Origin: an uncultured virus (IMG/VR IMGVR_UViG_3300008107_000123)
Taxonomy: Duplodnaviria; Heunggongvirae; Uroviricota; Caudoviricetes
Strand: one strand, 5' to 3'
Virus record (IMG/VR): IMGVR_UViG_3300008107_000123
Span: 1 to 64,000 of that record
DNA length: 64,000 bases
Shown here one piece after another: positions 55,234-64,000 of this stretch. Position 1 is the first letter of the stretch, and each line of letters opens with the position of its first letter. Position numbers and translations under genes: made by a program. A model generated the notes under the pieces. That model was not told where the DNA came from. It ran no database searches and saw nothing but the letters and a program-made list of their open reading frames with translations.

Positions 55234-58200
55234 CAACCCGCTTGTCGGAGTACTCCAGCGTTCGGGGATTAGCCGACCCGCGCCAAAGGCGCCGCAGAAG
55301 CGCAGCCCGCAGAAGCGCACTGACGGCGGTCGCATACTCCTTGTCGATAAGAAGGGCCGCTCTGTTCGCGTTGCTGGACCGCCGGCGCCGGTAAAGCTTC
55401 CCGGCGGTGGCTATGCGCGTATCGGGACTCAGGTTATCCGCGTTGACCAGTTGCCGAAGAGACGTACACCGGCACCGAAGAAGACTGTTGCTCCTCGCGT
55501 GGAGCGCGGGTCCGTCATCCCATTCGTGTCAGTCGGCGGGCGCCGCATCCCCCTTTGGCAGCCTATCGACGACAGCGGTCGCGAACTCCCGAGGAACATC
55601 ACTGAGTCAGAGCGCCGCGCAGTCCAGTACGCGCGCATTCGCGCTGGCAATCAGCGTGCTGCGCTCCGTGACCAAGGCAACGTCGTCACCAACTACATCG
55701 GTGAGACGGCCAGCAACCTTGCGGGGCAAACGGCCAAGTTCATCGCTGGCGCTCCGGTCGCCATTGCCGCACCGATCATCGGGACCGCCCGTGACCTGTT
55801 CACGGCCACGAACCCGGTATCGCTCACCTACGCCAACAAGCAGGAAGGCCGCCAGGCAACCAAGCGACTTGTGACCCGCCCTGCCGACTTCGCGGAGAAC
55901 GTCGGCCGGCAGACCGTTGACCTTGCGACCAACTTCGTCAAGGACCCGCTCGGGACATTCCGCGAGCGCCCGCTCGAAGTCATCCTTACCTTTATGGGCG
56001 GGAAGTCGGTGGTGGGGTCCGCGACGGGTGCCACTTCCCGCACTGTTGGCCGTACCGGACGCCTTGCCCGTGACATCAAGCAGGGCGGCGGCGTCCGTGG
56101 CGCCCGCCAGATCAGGCGGAGCCGCCCGACCAAGTTGCCGCCCGGTGCGGAGAAGCGGTTCCGTAGCGCGCTTGAGAGCATTGACGACGACCTGCAGGCG
56201 TTCGGTTCGGTATTCGGCAAGCGTGCGTACCGCGCCAGCCAGCGTGCCGCTGACTTCGGCAGCAAGTCAACGCTGCCCGGCGCCCCTCGCTCCCGGGGCA
56301 CGCGCACCGTAACCCCTGAGGCCATTGAGGTTGACGGCCGCATCGTCCGACCTGCAAAGGACATCGAAGTCCCACTGCGCCCGCGGTCCGCTGACCCGAT
56401 CACTCGCGCAACCCAGCGCCGGGTCTACGAGCCGATCCGCCGCACCCTTGGCCTTCAGCCCTCCTACCAGTCACTTTCCCGCAAGGACGCTTTGGGCGCG
56501 GGATACCAAGTTCTTGAGGACCGCTCCAAGATCGTTGGTGCCGTCGCAGCTCCCTACATCTCCTCGCTTCGCGCGATCAAGGGCACGGGGAAGAAGGACG
56601 GCCTGCCAGCGTCTGAGGTTGAACTGGTCAGCGAACTGCGCGACCTTGTCCTTTCTGGCAAGGCGCAGCCTATCCGTGGCAGCCGCCGCTTCGGTCTTGA
56701 TCGCGAGATTGAGAACGTCAAGCGCACCCTCGCAACCGACGGTTTGTCGCCCAAGGAACGCACGCGCTACGAAGGACGCCTTGAGCGCCTAGAGGCGATC
56801 CCCGAAGAGTGGCTTGACCCAGAGACGCGCCCAGCGCGTGTGCAGCGGGTCATCGACACTGCTCGTCCGCTGTATGAGGGTTCGACCGCCATGAAGTTGA
56901 GGAGCCGCGTCATCAGCCCCTCGGCTGCACAGTTCGCTGGTGAGCGCCCACTCATCCAGGCGCTGGGCGGAACGTCGGTTATGCGCGCCAAGGCGCAGGC
57001 CGCTGGCGACAAGCCCGCCATCAAGGCGATCAATGAGGAGGCGCTCCAGCGGAGTACGCGCTACCAGGCAGCCGCTGCACGCCTTGAGGACATCGACGCC
57101 GAGATCGCCGCACGCAAGGCTGCCGGCGTGAAGGTCGGGAAGGATCTCCAGCGCCAGCGCAAGGCTGCGAAGGGCGAGGAGAGGCGGGCCAAGGACTTTG
57201 CCAAGAGCAAGATGTATGTGGGCTACGACGAGGATGAAGTGGCCCGCCTTGAGCCCGGAACCTACGTCCCGCAGCGCCCCATGTTCGAGGAGCGGCAGGG
57301 TTTTATGCGGACGGTCTTTGGCCGTCGTCCGGTGTCACAGAGCATCGCTGCCCGCGTGTCCTCTGCGCGAATGGCGCCACAGCGGGATAGGTTCAACGCA
57401 GGAACCCTCTACGAGCGCGGTGATGTCGGTGCGACCCCGAACCTCCCTATCACCGCGTTCACGGAGGCCACTGACTCTGTGGTCCGCTCGGAGCAGGCTG
57501 CGGGGATCATCGACCGGAACGCCCTCAAGGACGCGGAGACGGGCCAGCTCATCACCGGGCGGTCCGCTGAGAAGTTGGTGGAACGCAACCCCAAGGACTT
57601 CCAGCTCGTCACTCAGGCCCAGCTCGCCAAGATATCCACCGCGTCGATTGACACCCCCGCGGGTGCGCGCCTAGCTAAGGCAATTGACGAGTCGAACATC
57701 CCGGGCGCTGGTCAGAAGTATGTGATTCCGAAGTCTGTCTATGAAGGCTGGGTCACCGCTCTTGGCCCCTCCCCCACGCGCACCGGTCGCGCCGTCGACT
57801 ACTTGGTGTCTCTTTGGAAGGGCAACGTGCTGGCGCTCAACCCGCGCTGGTACATCATCAACATGGTCGGTATGTGGGGCCAGTTCGCGCTTGGCGCGGG
57901 AGCCGACCTGCAGGCGATCTCCATGGCCCGCAACCCGGCACTCCTCACTGCGCTGCCTGGCCGGATCGCGTGGCGCGGCCTTCCTGAGGAGATGGGTGAG
58001 TACGCCCGTCGCTCGTCTGGCCTGCCCTCGCGCAACGTGTACCAGCGAATCATCTACAAGGGCTTCGAGATCAATGAGATGTTCGAGTCCGTCCCGCGCA
58101 AGGCGATGTTCTGGCACGCGGCAAAGCAGGGGCTGCGCGACGCAAACATCATCGGCCCGGGGCCGGTAAGCGAGGCCCGTCTCGCCGCCGCGTGGCTGGA

Positions 58201-59212
58201 CGTTGCGAAGAGCGCAGCGAAGGGTGACACGGGCGCCAACCAGATCATCGACGAGGCGATACTCGTCACCGAGCGGTTCATGGGCAACTACTCCCGGTAC
58301 AACGGGTTTGAGAAAGCCGTCATGCGGCGCGTGTTCCCGTTCTACGGATGGATGCGCTCAATCCACCGCTTGGCTTTTGCCCTCCCCTTCAAGCACCCTA
58401 AGCGTGCCGCACTCCTCGGGATCGGTTCGATGATGGCTTACGACCTCTATGGACTTGAGGCGAGTGAGTCCGCATACAGCCGTCCCGGTGCGATCATGTG
58501 GGGCGGGAACCTGCTGACCAATGTAGGCCCGGCCAACATCTTCGAGTCGGCTCGAGACAGCTCAGATTTCGTTGTCCGCTTCGGCGAGAGGGTCCAGACG
58601 GCAGGCAACGACCCGCTTGCATTCGTCGGTCGCACGGCAACGGACCTCATTCGCTTCGGCGCGCAGCAGGCGGGTCCGGTGTTCGGTGAGCTTTACACCG
58701 CTGTCAGCGGAGAGACGCCCGCCGGCGTGCCGCTCAGGTTCAGCCCGGGCTCACAGGCGCGCTTTGACACGGGGACCGGGAACGTCATTTCATCCAGTCC
58801 GACAACGGGTGGTAACCGTTTCGACCGTCAGGAGACTGACCTCGCTGACCGCGTGATCCGCGCCTTCACACCGCAGGCGCCAACCCTGCGTCGATTCCTC
58901 GCAGGCGGAGAGCCCTACGAGGATGCGTCGATGCAGCAGTTGTTCTCCTACTGGTACGGAGGCCGGAAGCCGGAAGAGACTGCTCGCCTGGTAGCGCCCG
59001 ACCCACGCATCCCATCGTCTGTGCCGCGCGACGCCATGGCCTTCATCACAGGGCTCGCTGGTTTCCCGACGACGCGCGTCGACCGAACGCGCACCCCCGG
59101 CGCTCAGGCGTACCGATCGCAGGTCCGGACGGTCCGCGCACGAACGCGGAATAGGAACGCGCTCAAGCGCGGAGAGAATCAGGCGCGTGCCGCCAAGAGG
59201 AAGGAAGGGTAG
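55226..59212 (+). CDS. Large internal virion / ejection protein
   Basis: Homologue of 12712..16257 (IPxEWLDP, LAFALPxKHPKRA). Confidence 0.6.
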   Translation: MASNPLVGVLQRSGISRPAPKAPQKRSPQKRTDGGRILLVDKKGRSVRVAGPPAPVKLPGGGYARIGTQVIRVDQLPKRRTPAPKKTVAPRVERGSVIPFVSVGGRRIPLWQPIDDSGRELPRNITESERRAVQYARIRAGNQRAALRDQGNVVTNYIGETASNLAGQTAKFIAGAPVAIAAPIIGTARDLFTATNPVSLTYANKQEGRQATKRLVTRPADFAENVGRQTVDLATNFVKDPLGTFRERPLEVILTFMGGKSVVGSATGATSRTVGRTGRLARDIKQGGGVRGARQIRRSRPTKLPPGAEKRFRSALESIDDDLQAFGSVFGKRAYRASQRAADFGSKSTLPGAPRSRGTRTVTPEAIEVDGRIVRPAKDIEVPLRPRSADPITRATQRRVYEPIRRTLGLQPSYQSLSRKDALGAGYQVLEDRSKIVGAVAAPYISSLRAIKGTGKKDGLPASEVELVSELRDLVLSGKAQPIRGSRRFGLDREIENVKRTLATDGLSPKERTRYEGRLERLEAIPEEWLDPETRPARVQRVIDTARPLYEGSTAMKLRSRVISPSAAQFAGERPLIQALGGTSVMRAKAQAAGDKPAIKAINEEALQRSTRYQAAAARLEDIDAEIAARKAAGVKVGKDLQRQRKAAKGEERRAKDFAKSKMYVGYDEDEVARLEPGTYVPQRPMFEERQGFMRTVFGRRPVSQSIAARVSSARMAPQRDRFNAGTLYERGDVGATPNLPITAFTEATDSVVRSEQAAGIIDRNALKDAETGQLITGRSAEKLVERNPKDFQLVTQAQLAKISTASIDTPAGARLAKAIDESNIPGAGQKYVIPKSVYEGWVTALGPSPTRTGRAVDYLVSLWKGNVLALNPRWYIINMVGMWGQFALGAGADLQAISMARNPALLTALPGRIAWRGLPEEMGEYARRSSGLPSRNVYQRIIYKGFEINEMFESVPRKAMFWHAAKQGLRDANIIGPGPVSEARLAAAWLDVAKSAAKGDTGANQIIDEAILVTERFMGNYSRYNGFEKAVMRRVFPFYGWMRSIHRLAFALPFKHPKRAALLGIGSMMAYDLYGLEASESAYSRPGAIMWGGNLLTNVGPANIFESARDSSDFVVRFGERVQTAGNDPLAFVGRTATDLIRFGAQQAGPVFGELYTAVSGETPAGVPLRFSPGSQARFDTGTGNVISSSPTTGGNRFDRQETDLADRVIRAFTPQAPTLRRFLAGGEPYEDASMQQLFSYWYGGRKPEETARLVAPDPRIPSSVPRDAMAFITGLAGFPTTRVDRTRTPGAQAYRSQVRTVRARTRNRNALKRGENQARAAKRKEG

Positions 59213-60319
59213 ATGTCAGTACCCACACGCGAAGGATTCCGGCGCGCACTGGCCGGCACACCGATGGCACGCGAGGCGGACCGCATCTATGACGTCGCGT
59301 CACGCGGAGGGATCAACCCGGCGCTGGTCGTCGGCATCGCTGGTGCCGAGAGCAACTTCGGTCGTCTCGGCTACGCCGTTGGCAAGAACAACCCCTACGG
59401 CCTCATGGGGTTCCGCTTCGGCAACTACACCCAGGCAACGCAGAAGCTCGTTGAGACGCTGAATAACAAGGGCCTCGGGTACCGGCAGGCGTATGGCAAG
59501 TCGGGGCTCGTAGGGATGATCAACATCTACACCCCTCGAGGCGCGGCCAACGGACCGAACAACGACCCTGACGGCCACACGCGGAACATCATCAACATCG
59601 GCCGCAAGAGCGGTGGTGACGCGTCGAAGGCATACATCAGCCCGGGCGCCGTACCGGCCGCTGCGCCTGGTGCGACACCCAGCGGCACCATCGCCGGCGG
59701 GCTCAACACAACCAACCTGATGAACCTGATGCGCCAGCAGACCGAGCGCATCAAGAGCGGCCAAGGGTACGACCGCGAGCTGGGGCTCAAGATCCGCCAG
59801 TCCGTGATCGACGGCATCGGCACTAGGAACATCGGCGGGGGGAACGTGCCTGCCGCTGGACCGAACCCGCAGCCGCAGGGCGGCGACATTGACGTTGGCT
59901 CGCTCGGCATCCCCTACGGAGGTGTCGACTCGCGCGGCATCACTAGGGGTGGCGCGGGTGGCAATTGGGGCGGCTCCATGCCGAGGGCTCTCCAGTTCCT
60001 GCAGTGGGCGCAGCAGACCGGCTACAAGCCGAACACCGCAGGCCGCTGGCTCTCGCAGAAGCGTTCCCGCCAGAACACAGCATCAGGCGGAGTGTCCGAC
60101 CATTGGCAGGGAAGCAGCACTGCGTATGGCCTTGATCTCGGAGTCCCGAACGTGGCCGAGGGCGACAAGCTCCTCGGCAACTTGATGCGCTACTTCGGGC
60201 AGCCGTCCTACAGGGGCGGCTCCTGGCTCAATATCAACAAGGGCGGCTACCGCTACCAGATCGGATGGCGCACGCCGGGCCACTTCGACCACATCCATGT
60301 GGGCGTCAGGAAGCTGTAG
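59213..60319 (+). CDS. Peptidoglycan hydrolase: lysozyme-like N-domain plus M15/Hedgehog-fold-like Zn peptidase C-domain
   Basis: GINPALVVGIAGAESNFG..NNPYG; SDHW......YGLD and GHFDHIHVG. Confidence 0.7.
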   Translation: MSVPTREGFRRALAGTPMAREADRIYDVASRGGINPALVVGIAGAESNFGRLGYAVGKNNPYGLMGFRFGNYTQATQKLVETLNNKGLGYRQAYGKSGLVGMINIYTPRGAANGPNNDPDGHTRNIINIGRKSGGDASKAYISPGAVPAAAPGATPSGTIAGGLNTTNLMNLMRQQTERIKSGQGYDRELGLKIRQSVIDGIGTRNIGGGNVPAAGPNPQPQGGDIDVGSLGIPYGGVDSRGITRGGAGGNWGGSMPRALQFLQWAQQTGYKPNTAGRWLSQKRSRQNTASGGVSDHWQGSSTAYGLDLGVPNVAEGDKLLGNLMRYFGQPSYRGGSWLNINKGGYRYQIGWRTPGHFDHIHVGVRKL

Positions 60320-60345
60320 TTAGGAATGCGTAACGTCATGCACAA

Positions 60346-60636
60346 GTGCAAGGATATGAAGCAGTGAACCCCGATCCCTCGCCCGTCAACCACGGCCAGA
60401 TCCAGTGGCGCGTCGATCAGTTGGAGAACCGCATGGACCGGCTCGAGCAGTCGGACGCGGCGCGCACCGAGATCCTCGCACGCATGGATGAGAGGCAGAA
60501 CGTCCTGGCAGAGGACGTCAAGCTGCTCGGCCGAGACATGGCTGGGATCAAGCGTTCCCTCTACACACTCCTGTTCGCGCTGGCGCTCGCTGTCGTCAGC
60601 ACCGCCATCGACATCGCAGTGAGGCTGACGACATGA
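60346..60636 (+). CDS. Coiled-coil plus single-TM lysis-region protein
   Basis: Same slot and layout as 17429..17656. Confidence 0.55.
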   Translation: MQGYEAVNPDPSPVNHGQIQWRVDQLENRMDRLEQSDAARTEILARMDERQNVLAEDVKLLGRDMAGIKRSLYTLLFALALAVVSTAIDIAVRLTT

Positions 60637-61322
60637 AGCTTGACCCCCGCTGGATCGGACGCAAGAAGCGGCTGAAGGCGTATGCCCTCTCGAAGGGGAT
60701 CGCCATCCCGAGCGGCTACCGCATCAACCCCTACTGCGGCTCGGCCTGCCGCGAGCTGATCAAGCGCGTTCAGCGCCACCTCTACGGCGAGGCCGGCGTC
60801 ACCGGTAAGTGGAACGGCGGCCTTGACGCCGCCATCGCGCCGAAGCTCACCACTCCGCAGCGCGCTCTGAGGTTCGCGCAGGGCGAGATCGGCATCAAGG
60901 AGCATCCGCCCGGCAGCAACAGTGGGCCAAGGGTCCGCGAGTTCCAGGCGGCATCGTCGCTCGGGGGGACGGGATGGCCATGGTGTGGAGCCCTGATGGC
61001 ATGGGCGTATGGCAAGGCCGGCAGGCCGCTCAAGGGCTTCAACAATGCCTACGTCCCTGACTACGTCGCGACCGCCCGGCGCAATGAGGATGGCCTGCGC
61101 GTCGTCTCCGCCGAGAGGGCCCGCCCCGGGGATCTCGTCTGCTTCGACTGGGGCGGAGACGGGACTTCAGACCACATCGGGATTCTGGAGACGCCGGTTC
61201 GCAGCGGCCGTTTCCAGAGCATCGAGGGCAACACCTCGTTCAGCAACAACTCAAACGGCGGAGAAGTGATGCGCCGGGACCGCAACGTGTCCCAAGTGCA
61301 GTGCTTCATCCGCGTCGTGTAG
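60633..61322 (+). CDS. Endolysin, CHAP domain
   Basis: PWCGA, DHIGIL and IEGNT; homologue of 17666..18352. Confidence 0.85.
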   Translation: MKLDPRWIGRKKRLKAYALSKGIAIPSGYRINPYCGSACRELIKRVQRHLYGEAGVTGKWNGGLDAAIAPKLTTPQRALRFAQGEIGIKEHPPGSNSGPRVREFQAASSLGGTGWPWCGALMAWAYGKAGRPLKGFNNAYVPDYVATARRNEDGLRVVSAERARPGDLVCFDWGGDGTSDHIGILETPVRSGRFQSIEGNTSFSNNSNGGEVMRRDRNVSQVQCFIRVV

Positions 61323-61343
61323 CAACCACCGAAGGAGCGTTAC

Positions 61344-61607
61344 ATGAAGGTCCCTGTTGGTATCTCGACGGTCGTCGCCGTCCTCACCATCGCTGCCGCC
61401 GCCATCGGCGCAGTCATCACCGGGCTTGACGGCGCAGGCACCGCCGTGCCGCTCACGCTTTCGATCATTGCCGGAGTCGTCACCAGTGTTCTCTCGGTGC
61501 TGCGCTCCTGGCAGGCCAACACGCTCGCCATCTGGTCAGACGACGGGCCCGACAACGGCGCGCAGGCGGTCAGCGTTGAGGGCTTCCTCGCCGGGCTTGA
61601 CGACTAG
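61344..61607 (+). CDS. Holin
   Basis: Two TM segments, after the endolysin. Confidence 0.65.
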   Translation: MKVPVGISTVVAVLTIAAAAIGAVITGLDGAGTAVPLTLSIIAGVVTSVLSVLRSWQANTLAIWSDDGPDNGAQAVSVEGFLAGLDD

Positions 61608-61609
61608 CC

Positions 61610-62506
61610 ATGCGCGTCGTCCATATCTCCGAGCAGTTCGACACCGGAGATGAGTTCACGCTGATCCCCACGGGCGACTGGCACCTCGGCGCAGCAGACT
61701 GCGACGAGGCGCAGATCCGTGCGGATCTCAAGAAGCACCAGGACAACCCGAACGCCCGCCTGATCCTCATGGGCGACATCGGGGAACTCATCGGGCCCGG
61801 CGACAAGCGGTGGCACCCACAGGGCTACATGCCCCAGCGGTATGTCGACGCGATGCTTGACCCCGACGGCGGGATCCCGACCGAGACGGTCAAGCACGCC
61901 GCGGAGATCCTCGAGCCGTGGGCCGGGCGCATCTGGGGCGTGGCATCGGGCAACCATGAGATGACCATCTCCAAGCACTGCCAGCGCGATCTGATGACCG
62001 AGCTGGCGAAGGAACTCGGCGGAGGTCTGTTCAACCGACTGATCGGTTACTCCGGCTTCATCCATGTGACCTGGACCCACAAGGTGCAGAAGAAGGTCGT
62101 CGGGTCGATGAAGTTCCACATCCACCACGGCTGGCAGACCGCCGGCCGCGCGGGCTCGGGGAACCTCATCAACGGCATGGAGCGCGAGCTTGGCTACACC
62201 GATGCGGATGTCCTGCTGCGCGGCCACAGCCACGCGCCGCGCATCGCCCAGGTGATCCCGTCGCTTCGGGTCAACCGTACAGGCGTCGCTGAGTGGCCCC
62301 GGCTTGTCGCATCGACCGGCACCTACAAGGTCGGGCACATCGAGCCCAAAGCTGGCGACCACGCGCCGACGACCTACGAGACGTTCAAGAACTACCGACA
62401 CAAGATGCCCGGCGCGCACCTCGGCCCGCCGGTCATCACGATCAAGCCTCGCCGGGTAGGCGAGCAGAAGGAGCGCAGCCCATGGACTCTGGAAGTGACG
62501 CTGTAG
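61610..62506 (+). CDS. Calcineurin-like metallophosphoesterase
   Basis: Homologue of 18589..19479. Confidence 0.85.
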   Translation: MRVVHISEQFDTGDEFTLIPTGDWHLGAADCDEAQIRADLKKHQDNPNARLILMGDIGELIGPGDKRWHPQGYMPQRYVDAMLDPDGGIPTETVKHAAEILEPWAGRIWGVASGNHEMTISKHCQRDLMTELAKELGGGLFNRLIGYSGFIHVTWTHKVQKKVVGSMKFHIHHGWQTAGRAGSGNLINGMERELGYTDADVLLRGHSHAPRIAQVIPSLRVNRTGVAEWPRLVASTGTYKVGHIEPKAGDHAPTTYETFKNYRHKMPGAHLGPPVITIKPRRVGEQKERSPWTLEVTL

Positions 62507-62775
62507 TGAGCGGGGCCGACCCGTGGCCCTTCATCCGTGAGGAGATTCCCCGGGCGTGGGTCGAGGTAAAGGCGATCTTCATGGAGCCCCAGCCGGGCTT
62601 CATGGAGTTGGCCGAGGCGCGCTTCCGCGCAGGAGAGAAGGAATACAAGGGCACCTCAGGCGAGTGGCTCAGAAAGCCGCCCGACTGGTTCGACAACGAG
62701 CGGTACCAGGAACTCTGCGATTTGGTGCTGTACACGGCCATGCGTCGGGTGCTGCACCCCGACACCGGTTTCTGA
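62506..62775 (+). CDS. Small helical protein
   Basis: GTG start overlapping the upstream stop; homologue of 19479..19751. Confidence 0.6.
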   Translation: MSGADPWPFIREEIPRAWVEVKAIFMEPQPGFMELAEARFRAGEKEYKGTSGEWLRKPPDWFDNERYQELCDLVLYTAMRRVLHPDTGF

Positions 62776-62964
62776 TCTAAGGCTTGCGTACTCGCATCGC
62801 GAGGCGTATGACTACTTGTCCTTTCGTACTGCAAGTGGAGGGACATATGTCATTGTCCGAACTGAACCCACCTTCGACTCCCCCCCCTCTCGATTTACAG
62901 GCGGCTGAAGTTCGTCGGGTGATCCGCGAGATGCGACGGTCCGCCCGCAGGCTCGGACCGTGCG

Positions 62965-63297
62965 CTACTTCTTCTTGGCTGACCGCGGCGGCGGAGTCTG
63001 CCGCCCGGGAGCTTTGCCGATGGGAGTCTCAAGAGCTGACTTCATCGCCGCCGCCGACCTAGTTGCCGGCGCGGGGTCATCGGTGATCCCCACCAGGTAG
63101 TCGATGGAGACGTCCAGCACCATCGCAAGGCGCGACAGCGTCTCTACCGATGGGAAGGACTGGCCCTGCTGGATCCGGCACATGGACGCTGATGTCACGT
63201 TGGCGATCTGCGCCAGCGCCTTCTGCTGCGTCGTGCCACTGAGGCCGTAGAGCCTCTCTAAGAACTTGGTCCGGTCGATCAGCGATTCGTCGCTCAT
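62965..63297 (-). CDS. XRE-family HTH transcriptional regulator
   Basis: QKALAQIANVTSASMCRIQQGQSFPSVETLSRLAMVLDVSIDYLVG; exact start uncertain. Confidence 0.85.
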   Translation of the reverse strand: MSDESLIDRTKFLERLYGLSGTTQQKALAQIANVTSASMCRIQQGQSFPSVETLSRLAMVLDVSIDYLVGITDDPAPATRSAAAMKSALETPIGKAPGRQTPPPRSAKKK

Positions 63298-63550
63298 GGT
63301 CGTCACGCTGCTCCGTGTCATTGGTGGTGTGGTGCGACCATACGCACGCGCAACGGCAAACGCAATGCGACGAGTGACCCGATGACGAGAATCTGAGACA
63401 GCCTGTCCCCTTACTAGCCGTAAGTATAGGTTGTCGCTCGTAGCGAGGAAATCTTTCTTGCGCGCCCCCCCGTCCGTATAGGTGCCGTCCGACCCCGTCG
63501 TTAGGTTTACGCAAACGCATACGCAGACACATGGGAACAAGGAGGGCACT

Positions 63551-63787
63551 ATGAGACAGCCGGTGGTTGTGACACCTGAGCAGATGCCGCAGCTAGTGGA
63601 GTGGGTCAGCGACTTCGGCCTGGACATGCTCAAGACCGCGTTCCGGTATCGGGACGAGATGAGTTCGGAGGCTCGCGGGGCCTTCGACAGCAACGTCAAG
63701 AACTTCACGGCGAAGGTCGGTGAGTTCTACCCAATCGAGGATCTCATCGCGGCTGCGATGGAAGAGGGGTCCGACGATGAGTCGTAA
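63551..63787 (+). CDS. Hypothetical protein
   Basis: AAGGAGG RBS; positional counterpart of 19757..20011. Confidence 0.6.
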   Translation: MRQPVVVTPEQMPQLVEWVSDFGLDMLKTAFRYRDEMSSEARGAFDSNVKNFTAKVGEFYPIEDLIAAAMEEGSDDES

Positions 63788-63890
63788 TCGCGTCGACGCC
63801 GCAGCGACGGTGTTCTTCGTCGGGGCATTCCTCGCCGTGATCACCGTCGCCCTGTACTACGCGGTCGACTCCGCGTTTGGTGGCATCTGA
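63777..63890 (+). CDS. 37-aa single-TM protein (not in the ORF track)
   Basis: MSRNRVDAAATVFFVGAFLAVITVALYYAVDSAFGGI; TGATG-coupled to the next gene. Confidence 0.55.
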   Translation: MSRNRVDAAATVFFVGAFLAVITVALYYAVDSAFGGI

Positions 63891-64000
63891 TGCCGCCGCG
63901 TACCGCAGTCCAGAAGAAGGGCGGCAAGCGCCGCTACGTCCGCGTCGTGGACGGGGTCCCGACCGAACACATCAACGTGACCGGTTGCACCCGCTACTGG
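63890..64000 (+). CDS. PD-(D/E)XK exonuclease, N-terminal fragment (window edge)
   Basis: MPPRTAVQKKGGKRRY resembles MTPPRNAVQRRGGGRFY at 20034. Confidence 0.6.
   Translation, partial: MPPRTAVQKKGGKRRYVRVVDGVPTEHINVTGCTRYW

Larger units (their letters stand above)
41630..64000. mobile_element. Phage genome B (partial), related to genome A
   Basis: Same gene order as 1-20100 with diverged proteins and different oligonucleotide usage. Confidence 0.88.

Noticed and set aside
62784..63062. 92-aa plus-strand ORF overlapping the end of the XRE gene
   Set aside because: No motif and no counterpart in genome A; cannot be supported
42076..64000. Direct terminal repeat or recent tandem duplication of genome A
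   Set aside because: The copies are too diverged, have gene replacements and differ in oligonucleotide signature

Overview
The window is all bacteriophage DNA. It reads as two related but distinct podovirus-like genomes joined head-to-tail, probably infecting a high-GC actinobacterium (inference). Genome A (1 to about 41.6 kb) is an almost complete, circularly permuted unit of about 42 kb. It carries portal, scaffold, major capsid, adaptor, nozzle, ejection proteins and lysis genes, then a replication block (PD-(D/E)XK nuclease, SSB, RuvC-like, Prim-Pol, PriCT-helicase) and a probable TerS. A minus-strand early region follows (three identically built promoters, MoxR AAA+ / vWA pair, secreted Rpf-like enzyme, pyrimidine-dimer glycosylase), then TerL, a block of very basic proteins and fibre genes. 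After a 26-N scaffold gap whose flanks duplicate 24 bp, genome B repeats the same gene order from the fibre gene to the start of the nuclease, with diverged sequence and an extra XRE-type repressor. The strongest hidden signal, from a scan by eye: genome A has no AGCT, CCWGG, CTCGAG or GGATCC in about 41.7 kb, while genome B uses all four freely. Having two homologous copies also exposes a covarying RNA structure in the capsid leader and domain swaps in the fibre and virion hydrolase. Genome A additionally shows a candidate pseudoknotted RNA, a symmetric bidirectional promoter, and candidate origin and terminus sequences. No integrase, DNA polymerase, methyltransferase, reverse transcriptase, tRNA or CRISPR array was recognised. 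All family assignments come from motifs read by eye, not from database searches.
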